Positions 23,208 to 32,799 of a stretch of DNA of 43,977 nt are shown here, piece after piece. The position numbers were made by a program, and so were the translations under genes. The stretch lies in NCBI GenBank assembly GCA_013416795.1, contig RQSC01000018.1, forward strand, positions 86,029 to 130,005, given 5' to 3'. The DNA comes from Prasinococcaceae sp. CCMP 1430 (lineage: Eukaryota; Plantae; Prasinodermophyta). Positions within the stretch are counted from its first letter, which is position 1. Each line of letters opens with the position of its first letter. Under the pieces are notes generated by a model. It saw only the letters and a list, made by a program, of their open reading frames with translations, was not told where the DNA came from and did no database searches.

Positions 23208-23838
23208 ATGGTGGCCGCCATCGCGTGCCCTGCTGTTCGCGGTGTGCGCGGTGTGGCGCGCCCCGTCGCGCCCCTCACCCCCTGCTGCAGGTCCACTCTT
23301 TCGCCCCACCCCACCGCCGCGCGCGCGCGCGCGCGCGCGCGCGCGCGCGCGCGCGCGCGAACGCGAACTCTTTCGCCCCACCCCACCGCCGCGCGCGCGC
23401 GCGCGAACGCGATCCGGTGCCGGTCGCGCCCCATTCGGGTCCAACCCCATCAGGGTTCGCCTTTGTCCGTCCGCATGATGCGATTCGACCTGGGCGTCCC
23501 GCCCCGCCTCCGGCGGGCCCGTTGAGGTTGGCGGGCGCGATTCCGGACCACACGTTTTCGCGGCGCCCGCGCGCGCCGAGCTGCCCTCGTTCCTGTTCGA
23601 CACGTTCTACGATCCCATCTTCGGCGGGCTCGCCCTCTGGCAGTACGCGGTCCTCCTCGCCATCCCCGTGATCACCATCGAACTCTACCTCAACGGCAAG
23701 TACGACAGCGAGGCCAACGACGAGGTCATGCAGGCGGCCGCGCGCATGGAGGCGAAGAAGAGGCGTGAGGCTGCCGCGGGCGTCGGCAACGGCATCGACG
23801 ACGACGACGACGACGATATCGACATGACAACGTACTGA
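23208..23838 (+). CDS. Small single-pass membrane protein, probably plastid-targeted; exon structure unresolved
   Basis: Transit-like MVAAIACPAVRGVRGVARPVAPL at 23208; GC3-biased segment AAPARAELPSFLFDTFYDPIFGGLALWQYAVLLAIPVITIELYLNGKY...TTY* ending at 23838. Confidence 0.55.
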
Positions 23839-24332
23839 GCGCTCGCTGCACCCGCCGGCGCCGCGGTGCGCGCGTGAGAGTGGAGTGTGCGAGAGTGCAA
23901 CAGACGCTCACAGTATTGTAATCGTGTGATGCGGACGCGCCGCGAGGCTGCGTCGCTTTTTGGCCTTCACGCAGGCCCATGCAGTGCGCCGCCCCTCGCC
24001 GCGTGTGCTGAGGGGAGTCATGGCGTGGCCAATGCGGCGTGGTTGGTACTATCTAGCTCGTTGCTTTGCATACAGTACCAGTCGTACTGTACTGTACGGC
24101 ATGCCTGGCGTCCTTGATGTCTTTCGATTGTTGCAGGGTTTGGTCCTTGTGGCTGCGGAAGGGCGAATGGTACAGCGTATGAGGCATGTTGCTGCTGAGC
24201 GATGGGCGTATCTGCGCCCCAATTCGAGTCCGAGTGGGCGTGGGGTGGCGCTTCCTCGGGTCGTCGGCCGGCGAATGAGGGGAAGCCAAGCACTCCGCGC
24301 CCGCGCGGCTTGCCCGGTATGGCCGCGAGTCG

Positions 24333-26003
24333 CTAGAAGAGCGTTGAGGTGGGGCCCAGCAGCGCGCGCAGCCCTGCGTGAGCAACTGCCGCGGCGCCTG
24401 CCACGACGGTGCCCCATCTGCACGCCGCAACGAGAGTGAGGCCGACGCGCCAGGCGCCCACCTTTTGCGCATAGACGGCAGCGGGGTCAATGGGCGCGCG
24501 CGGGACGGCGGGTCGCACGTGACGGGAACCAACAAGGCCACCCCCGCGAAGAGAATCCGCTGCACCAGCGCGCTGGTCGGCGTCGCCTGCCGGCGCGCGG
24601 CGCTCGGCCTCGCTCAGGCTGCGCCCGTCTCCATCAGTTCGGCGCTTCTTCGATGTGATGGTGCGCGGCTCGCTGGCGCCGTGCTCGGCCAGCAGCGACG
24701 CGTCCTCTCCCAGCAGCGGCACGCCTCCGCTCGCGTCATTGGCGCACGCTGAGGAGCCACAATTTGCCGCCAGACTTGGCGAAACCAGGAACGCTCTGGG
24801 CAAGCAGGGTGGGTTGTCCATGGTCGTCGCGGGGAATCGGCGCTTGAATGCAAAGTAGAGCACGACGCCAGCGGTGCATGCAGAGTACCCTAGCACACCC
24901 TGTGAAGAGAGAGGAGCACGGAAGGCGAACACAGATATGAGCACTGTCACGCTCGATTTGAGCACGCCGAGGATCTGCAGCGTGAGCGGTGATGTGTAAA
25001 AGTTCACCAGATTGTTCGAGAAGTTCACTGCGTAGGCCAAGCAGCCGTTCAGGGCGAAGAGGATCAGGAAGGAGCCATGCGAGGCCGCCGCCTTCGCAGC
25101 CAGCGACGCGGAAAATCCTGGCTCCAGCACGAGCGCCACGGGCAGCAACAGCGCGACGCACACTGGAGCGGCGTGCGCGAGAAGGCTCGCCGGGTCTAGC
25201 CGCTCCTCCGATTTGGCCATCAGCATTGCCGCCATCACACCCTTGAGCGCGCGCAGCAGCACTGCCACTGACGCTGCGATGAACCCAGTCACATTGAAGC
25301 TGCTCTCGAAGCTCGACGCCGCCACCACGCCCATCGCGATGGGCAAGAGCGCAGCGTACGTCCACACGCTTTCGACACGGCCCTGCAGACAAAACGCCAC
25401 CGCGGCGGTCACGGCAGGCGTGGCAGAGGCCACCACCTCAAGGTAACTGAGGGCAAGAGTCTCGAACGCGAGGTTGTTCGCAGCGATGGAGGCGGCAATG
25501 AGCGCCGCAAGCAGCACCACCTTCCACGCGTGAGCTTCGCTCGCGAGCGGCATGCGGCGGTATCCTGCTGCCGCGCATTGGCGTTGCGCGGAGTGTGCCA
25601 TGATGGCACGCCTTTTGCCGCCTTCTTCGACGTCGGGGGGCGATGTCTTCGCGCGCGCGCTGTCACCATCATCATGCCCGCCGCGGTGGCTCGCCGAGAT
25701 GGACGCCGCTATTGACAGCGCCGCGCCAAACACGTCGAAGACCACCACTGACGCCCAGCTGCACATCAGGAAGTGGAAGGCGCTCACGGAGAGCGGGTAA
25801 CGCAGCCCGGGGAGGATGAGCTTGTTCGTGGTGAGCAGCGCCAGCAGCGAGACGGTCCACAGTGCGCAAGCCCCAAGCTTCCGCGCGGCATCGAATGCCC
25901 AGCCCGCCGTCGTCTCGGGGTCCGCAGCAGCGGTCGGCAGCTGAGGAGTAGCAGACAGTAGGCGCTGTTGCGGCGGCGGGCGCGGCCGCGGAGATTCACC
26001 CAT
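24333..26003 (-). CDS. Triose-phosphate-translocator-family nucleotide-sugar transporter (TPT/UXT-like)
   Basis: NKLIL...YPLSVSAFHF, NLAF..L.LSY.EVVASATP, F.VTGF, RALKGV, LAYAVNFSNNLVNFYTSPLTLQILGVLK; about 10 TM segments. Confidence 0.85.
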   Translation of the reverse strand: MGESPRPRPPPQQRLLSATPQLPTAAADPETTAGWAFDAARKLGACALWTVSLLALLTTNKLILPGLRYPLSVSAFHFLMCSWASVVVFDVFGAALSIAASISASHRGGHDDGDSARAKTSPPDVEEGGKRRAIMAHSAQRQCAAAGYRRMPLASEAHAWKVVLLAALIAASIAANNLAFETLALSYLEVVASATPAVTAAVAFCLQGRVESVWTYAALLPIAMGVVAASSFESSFNVTGFIAASVAVLLRALKGVMAAMLMAKSEERLDPASLLAHAAPVCVALLLPVALVLEPGFSASLAAKAAASHGSFLILFALNGCLAYAVNFSNNLVNFYTSPLTLQILGVLKSSVTVLISVFAFRAPLSSQGVLGYSACTAGVVLYFAFKRRFPATTMDNPPCLPRAFLVSPSLAANCGSSACANDASGGVPLLGEDASLLAEHGASEPRTITSKKRRTDGDGRSLSEAERRAPAGDADQRAGAADSLRGGGLVGSRHVRPAVPRAPIDPAAVYAQKVGAWRVGLTLVAACRWGTVVAGAAAVAHAGLRALLGPTSTLF

Positions 26004-26473
26004 TGCTGCACGGTGGGGTGGCGGGTGGGTGAGTGGGTGGGTGGCGGTGGCGCAAGGGGCGCTCCCGCCGTGTGCACCCGTGCAGGGTACGTGATGGCCG
26101 GCGATGTCGCGCTCGCGCGGCCCGACCGAGCGCGAAAAGAAACACGCGAACAGGACGTGCGCGCGCAGGGACGGCGCGCCTTGCGCTTCGAGAGGGGGCG
26201 GGGGAGGACGCACGAGAGGAGGGCCGCGGCCCGCCTAGAGCCGAGGGGGGCGGGGCGGAGTGCGAAAGGTGCCTTGGGCGTGGGGGCGCACGTGGAAGGG
26301 GGCGAGGGGTGTGTCACGGGAAGGGCAAGGGAGGCGAGCGCGCGCGGTGTGACGCCGGCCGCGCGGCGCGGCATCGCGCCCGCCCGCATGCGAAAAGGCC
26401 CAACCGAAAACGAACGAATGTGTACAGTAGTACTGTACTGTACTACCAAAAAAAAGAGCGGAGGTGGCGCTCA

Positions 26474-29082
26474 TCAGTGTCTGCCGTACACTCCCGCCTG
26501 CGCGCCCTCGCCGTACTCGATGTCGAAGCCGCCCGCGCCAGCGTCGAGCGCGGCGCGCAGTTGTGACGCCGGCACATCCAGCGCGAGCGTGTACGGGGTG
26601 CCGCCGTCACCGAAGTCCAGCGCGAGTACCGCCTCGGGGCTGCGCGGACGGGCCGCGTACGGCGCAGAGGGCCGCTGGTCAGCAGCATGCCACCGCCTTG
26701 CACGTGCATGCGCAGGCACGCGCGAGCACGCGCGCGGACGCGCAGTGCCCGCGTCCGCGGGTCAACGCACCTGTAGTCCGCTCCGCCAACCTCCAGTTTC
26801 TCCACCTGTGCGTCCTTGGCCTCGGCAAAGCCAACCCGCACGCCCGCGCTCCCCCCTGCCGCGTGTCGCTCCTTGGGCAGAGGCACGGTGCCATGCGGCA
26901 CATGGTTGAGCCACACGTTGGCCAAGAACGTCACGCGCCGTTGGCCCTGCTGTGGCGCGCCCTCCTGACCAATGAGCAGATCGCTGGTGGCGCCGTGCAG
27001 TAAGCGGCCGTCGAAGGACAGGTGGCGAAGCTCCTGCGGGTAGCACAGCGAGGCGCGGCGGACCGCGCCCTGGATTGCACCCCCCGCGGCCTCGGGTGAC
27101 GCGCGGTCGACGACAACGGTCGGCCCGCCGTGCGATGTGAGATAGGTGACCGTGCCGAGGTGAGGGCACACGCACACGCCGCCTTCGCTCTCGAGCGTGT
27201 AGTCGCGGTCAAAATGGAACTGAATGTCGTCGCCTGCATCGAGGTCCTGCGCCAATGCACACGTGTCAGCAGCGGTGGGCGCCTCTCATGCGAGGCGCAA
27301 CGGTGGATATGCGCGCGCACTTCTGACGCCCTTCCGAGCACGTACCTGCACCCACCACTCCACCCCCGAACGATCCCGGTCGAATGTGGCTGCCGCCGTG
27401 TGCAGCTCGAAAATGTCGAGCGCGAGGCGCTCCAGATCGCACGCGGGCGCGTCGTCGGCGCCTACCCAGAAGGTCATACCCTGCGACAGGTACTCGCCGC
27501 CCTCCTCGTCGACGGCACTCGCGACTGCGCCGCCGGCGGCACCGCGCCCACCGAGATCGAGCGCGAAGGACGCGAGCTGCGCGGCGATGGCGGCCTTCGC
27601 AGCCGCGGCTTTTTCACCTTGTGACCCACTGCGGATCGCCGTCGCGTAGTCCATTGACCCTCCCACACCCGCTGTGCGCCCGTCGGCGTCGAGCACCAGC
27701 TCGAAGCCCTCGCTCTCGCTCTCGTCCTCGCAGCTGTCGTCTTCGTCCCCGCTGCCGCCACTGTCGCTCTCGCCAGCACTCTCGTTGTGATCCCCGGCAC
27801 CGCCCGCACCCGCCTCGCCCTCGTCGGCGGCCGGCTGCTGGCACGTGATGCAATGCACGTTGCCACCTCCCACGGCGATGGCCCTCCCCAAGGAAATAGG
27901 CACGACTTGCCTGCCCGGGAAAAGCTCCCCGAGCTTCGCCAGTGCGGCTTTGTCGCTGTCAGGCTGGCCGAACTGTGGGACGAGCACACCGCCCTCTCCG
28001 CGGTCCGGGTTCGAGCCACGTGCGAGGTAGAAGTTCACGTAGCTCGCGCAGAGGTCGTCGCCCGCGTGGCGTGCTGCCGCCTCGCTCGTGTTTTCGATCG
28101 CCCCCGCTTCGTCCTCGCTCAGCGTGAGCCTGCGTGGCAAGTGCAGCAGGTGCACCTCGAGCCTCCTCCCCCGTGCGTCGGTCGCCTCTTCGAGCGCCCC
28201 CCTGGCGCTCCTCACGCTGGCGTAGTCGGTGTCCGCCTCGTCGTCGGTCCACGCGAGCACGACTTTGCCAGGCGCCACAAATGCGGCGATGTTGTCGACA
28301 TGGCCATCAGTGTCCCAGTCGGACTTGAGGCCCGATGGAAGCCAGATGGCCTTCTCCACGCCGAGGTGCTCGCGCAACGCGTGCTCCAGCTGCACCCTCG
28401 TGCGTGGCTGTCCCTTGGTCGGAAGGTCGATGTTGCGGTTAGGGTTGAGTAGGCAACTCTCCGTGACGAGCGCGGTGCCCTCGCCGTCCACGTGCACGCT
28501 GCCACCCTCGAGCACGAGCTGCGGCCGCCGAACGAGCGCGCTCGGAACGCCGCCGAGCTCTGCCACAAGCCCGCCGACCGCGTCATCGAGAGCATGCGAC
28601 GAGTAGCACTTCTCGCCCCACGCGTTGAAGCGCCAGCACACGGCCCCGCGCGATGCCGCGAGGCTGCGCTTGCGTTTGGCTCCGGCGGCGGCCTGGAGCC
28701 GAAGTGGGCGAGCGAGGCGCGCGGGGCCAGCGTTAGCGTCAGGCCCGCCGCGACTACGCATGGCGCGCGCGCGGGCTGCGCGTGCGAACACACCTCAGTG
28801 CGTCGCACGACGAAGGTCGGTGCAGTGTCGCGGAACCAGGCGTCGTCCTGCGGCACCACGCGCACGCGCACGTTGTCCGGGGCGCCCGCGGCTGCCAGCG
28901 TGGCGCGCGCGTCCTCGGCCGCCGCCTCGTCCGGAGCACACACGCACACCTCGTCCTCGAAGCGCGCGGCGGCCGCGGCGACCTGCGCGAACGCCGCGAG
29001 GCATCACATAGCCCTCGGCCATCCCAGCGCAACCGCGCAGCCGCCGCGCCGCCGGCCGCGCGCACAGTGGCGCGGCCGCCAC
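26474..29082 (-). CDS. AIH: Agmatine deiminase (PAD_porph) fused to a C-terminal 2OG-Fe(II)-oxygenase-like domain; exons about 29082/29022-28794 (frame break near 28998), 28692-27346, 27246-26771, 26639-26474
   Basis: DDAWFRDTAPTF, WRFNAWG, LEGGSVHVDGEGT, NPNRN, DTDGHVDN, CASYVNFY, GGGNVHCITCQQP; the same exon continues into a second domain; three GT-AG introns join in frame. Confidence 0.85.
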
Positions 29083-29139
29083 CGCCGTGGCGGCGACAGT
29101 GGCAAATGGTAGGACAGTTGGGAGCGCAACGAGGATTCA

Positions 29140-30262
29140 TCACAAGTCGCCGGCGTGCGCACGCGCGCCGGCGGCCTCGCGCGTGTCGCCAGACTTGGCC
29201 GACCGGTGCGCGTCTTTGAGGCGCCTGTCCGCGCTCCTCTTCGTCGTCCGGGCTCGCTTGTCGCCGCTCGCGCCTACCTTGAGCTTGGACATGCCTTCGC
29301 GCAGCGCCTCGCGCACGCCCTCGCCGCCTACGCGCATGGCGCTCTTGGCGGCCATCTTGAGGGCGCTGTTGCCCGCGCGCTGCGTAACGCCTTTGAGGCT
29401 GAACAGCGAGGGCTTGTCCTCGGGCTCGGCGCCCCCGAACGTCATCTTGTCGATAGCGTCGTCGATGAACGAGTCGAGCTTCCCCCCTTCGATGAAGTCG
29501 TCAAAGAATTCCTCCGAGAACTCGCTGAACTGCCGCATGGCCTCCCTGAGGAGCTCCTCCTGACTCTTGCCCGAGCACTCGAAGACCTCGTGGGCCGTGC
29601 GCTGCGAGCGCTCATCCCACCCGCGCTGCGCTCGCGCCATGCGCTCCGCCTTGCGTTGCGGATCATTCCAGGGCCTCGAGTCGCGTTGGCCGCCGCCGCG
29701 CGCACTCCCGCCCCCACGGTGCGCTCGGCCGACCGAGCTGAAGCGCAGCTCGGTGTCATACCGCCTGCGCTTGGCGTCGTCGCTGAGCACCTCGTATGCC
29801 GCCGCCACGCGCACGAAGTCGTCCGGATCGCCGCCTCGGTCGGGGTGCGTCTCGAGCGACACCGCCCGGTATGCCGAACGCACCGCCTTGGCGTCGGCGT
29901 CTCGCTGCATGCACGCGGGGAGGGTGCAGCATGCGGGCGTGGCAGCGCGTGAGCGGGGGGAGGCGCACGCGTGCGGCCCATGAGGCGCGCACGTGCTGCT
30001 GCAGACGCCAGCGCACTCGCCGTGGACGCAGCGGCGCGGGCACGAGCGGGATAAGGGAGCGTGTGGCGCGCGCGCGCGTGTGTGATGTGTGCGTGGGTGT
30101 GGAGGGGGGATGCGCGCCCGCGCTCGAGCTCGCGCTCGCGCTTGCGCCCGCACGCACCGTAATGCCTAGCACATCGTAGTGGCTCGCCGAATCGGCGAAG
30201 CGGCCGGCTGCGGCGGGCGCTGTGAGCACGGCGAGCGCCGCCAGTGCTATCAGCGCCCTCAT
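29140..30262 (-). CDS. Signal-peptide-bearing DnaJ/J-domain protein; exons 30262-30158, 29904-29140
   Basis: MRALIALAALAVLTAPAAA signal; HYDVLGIT/RDADAKAVRSAYRAVSLETHPDRGG...AAYEVLSDDAKRRRYD J-domain with HPD; GT-AG intron in frame. Confidence 0.9.
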
Positions 30263-30644
30263 GGCGGCCGCTGCAGGCGCGCGCCTCGACCATCGCCGGG
30301 CGCCGCGCGGCAGCGGCCGCAGCCGCATCGGCGCGGGTCGGTCTTCCTCCCCTTCCACGCGGCTCCACGCGCGAGCGCTACCTTGCGGAGCGGGTGGGTG
30401 AGGAGGGGGGCTGGCGTGCGTGTGGTGGTGGCGATGGTGGTGCGTGTGTGTGTTTGTTGTTGTTGTTGTTGGGGGGGGGGGGGGGGGGGGGGGGCAGCCA
30501 CCGCGCCGGCCGCAGTGAGCGCGCGGACTGGCGCGTTCGAGAACGCAAATGCGTGCGCGCTCTCGTGTACGCACTTGCTTGATGCGCAGCCGGACGCGGC
30601 AGAGCGCGCCGCCGGCGCGCCACCCGCGTGGGGCGCCGGCGGCA

Positions 30645-31415
30645 ATGCGACTTGCGGTGGCGGTGGCTCTCGCCGTGGTGCTCGCCCGCCAGTGCAGCGC
30701 GGGCCCGGCCGCGCGGCGCCGGCGGCGCACACGCGGCAGCAGCGGCGGCGCGAATGGCGCTTCTGAGGCTGGGGCGGAGGCGTCGACAGACTCGACGCCA
30801 AAGGCTGGCGGCGGCAACGGCGGTGGGGACGCTGCCGCCGCTGCCGCGGATGCGCCGGTGTCGAAGGCGTACACGAGCACGGTGGCGATGATACCCCCCG
30901 ACGAGGCGTGGCCCGCCATCCAGGCGGCGCGCTACGCGCTGCGCGACCGCGGGCTATGGCGATGGCCACCGCACGTCAACTTGCTCTACCCGTTCGCGCC
31001 CGCGGCGGCCTCGGCGACGCCCCGACTCATCGCCGCGCTCGCCGCCGCCGCGGCGCGCGTCGAGCCCTTCGACGTGCACCTCGAGGCCTTCGAGCACTTC
31101 GAGCACAAGTACAGCGCCACGCTGTGGCTCGACCCGCGCACCGAGCCGCCGGGCGCGCTCGACGCGCTGCAGAGCGCGCTACAGTCGGCCGCGCCCGCGT
31201 ACCACGAGCAGCGCAGCGTGCACAACGGCGGCGACGCGCGCGGCCGCTTCGTGCCTCACATGAGCGTCGCGCACCTCTCCTCGGCGAGCGAGGCGCGCGA
31301 GGCGGGCGAGCGGCTCGCGCGTGACTGGAAGCCCGTGAGCTTTCGCGTCGACGAGGTGCGTGTGGTGGAGCGATCGATCGTCGCTCCACGAGCCGGACTC
31401 GTGCGCACCCGCTGA
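30645..31415 (+). CDS. 2H phosphoesterase (2'-5' RNA ligase-like superfamily) with N-terminal targeting peptide
   Basis: MIPPDEAWPAIQ...RWPPHVNLLYPF and FVPHMSVAH 2H motifs; LQSAL segment; hydrophobic N-terminus MRLAVAVALAVVLA. Confidence 0.78.
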   Translation: MRLAVAVALAVVLARQCSAGPAARRRRRTRGSSGGANGASEAGAEASTDSTPKAGGGNGGGDAAAAAADAPVSKAYTSTVAMIPPDEAWPAIQAARYALRDRGLWRWPPHVNLLYPFAPAAASATPRLIAALAAAAARVEPFDVHLEAFEHFEHKYSATLWLDPRTEPPGALDALQSALQSAAPAYHEQRSVHNGGDARGRFVPHMSVAHLSSASEAREAGERLARDWKPVSFRVDEVRVVERSIVAPRAGLVRTR

Positions 31416-31564
31416 CGCGCGCGCGCGCATGTGAACGCGTGCGCGCGCTCTCGCACACCTCCACGCGGTACATCCGAATGCGCGCACCCCTCGTCTGACT
31501 GCCCCCCTTCCCCCGCTCCCTGGCTCCAAGTGCGCCGACTCGGGAGCTCGCGACGTCCAGCGCC

Positions 31565-32643
31565 TTAGATTCCAACGACCATCTTGCATGCGAACGCGGA
31601 CACCACGCCCGTGATCATACCAAAGAAGACCTGCAGCGGCGTGTGGCCCAGAATCTCCTTGAGGTAGCGCGCGTTGAGCTCATGGCCCTGCACACACGCA
31701 CAGGCGCGCGAGCGCGTGTGTGCCATCGCTCGCGCACGTCAGCGGCCAGCGATGCGGGCAAGCGGTTGGGCAGGTGTTGGCGAGTGGATGTACGGACTGA
31801 CGGGCGCGCGCTACCTACCTTGAACAGCTCGTCGACGACCTTGTTGAGCACTTCCGCCGTGTGGCCGGCATGGCGGCGCACATTGCACGCGTCATACATC
31901 ACAATGAGCGAGAACCCGAGCGAGAGCGGAAAGAGCGCCCCCGCTGTGCCGTACTGTATCGCGATGGCGGTGGTAATGCCCACACACAGACCGCTGTGCG
32001 ACGAAGGCATCCCGCCGCTCGCCACGAACTGCCGCAGGTCAAGCACTCCCTTCGTGAACAAGTGCGTGAAGATCTTCGAAAACTGCGGAGGGCGCGCGCG
32101 GGTTCGAAGAGAGCGCGTGGGTGCAGTGGGCGAGCAGCGTGAGCGTGCGCTCGTTCACGCGGGCGCGCGCACACTGGCTCGCAGCGCACACTCGCTCACC
32201 TGCGCGACAAACCACCCCATGAAGCCGCACAGGAAGACAAAATGGTCGACGAGCGGCTCGCCCGTGGCTGGCGAGGCTCCTGCGAGCGCGAGCGGCGCGG
32301 CGGCAGCCGCGCGCAGCAGCGGCTGCGGCGGCACGCCCGGCCGATTCCGCTCGCCGCGCTGCTGCAGCAGATGCCGCTGCTGCTGCGCCAGCGGCGGCTG
32401 CCGCTGTTGCAGGTGCTGGCCGCGCCGCTGCTCAACGCGCTGCGGACGCGCCCGCCGCTTGTCGCTCCATTCCCTCCGTCCAGCCACGCGTGCTCGCGCA
32501 CTGAGCTCCGCCCCGCTCCCACCACTTGCCGCTCCTGCCATCCCCCCCGCCTCCGCCGCCGGCCGCCGCCCCGCGCTGCGGGCTCTGTCCTCCACGCACC
32601 ATCTCCTTAGCGCGGGGCGCCCGCGCGACGCGCGCCACACCAT
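31565..32643 (-). CDS. DUF212 acid-phosphatase/vanadium-haloperoxidase-related membrane protein; exons about 32643-32200, 32082-31819, 31687-31565
   Basis: ASGGMPSSHS, IVMYDACNVRRHAG, LKEILGHTPLQVFFG are DUF212 hallmarks; introns in frame; start inferred. Confidence 0.9.
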
Positions 32644-32799
32644 TGCGGTGGGCGCACCACGCGACGCGACGCGACGCGACGCGAGGCGAGGCGACGCGCG
32701 CGCGGGGGCCGGCCACCCCTCGACACCCAAGCTGGAGGCGTGCGGCGCTGAGACTCACACACACACACACGCAAAGCCCGGCTAGACGGGTGCGCGAAA

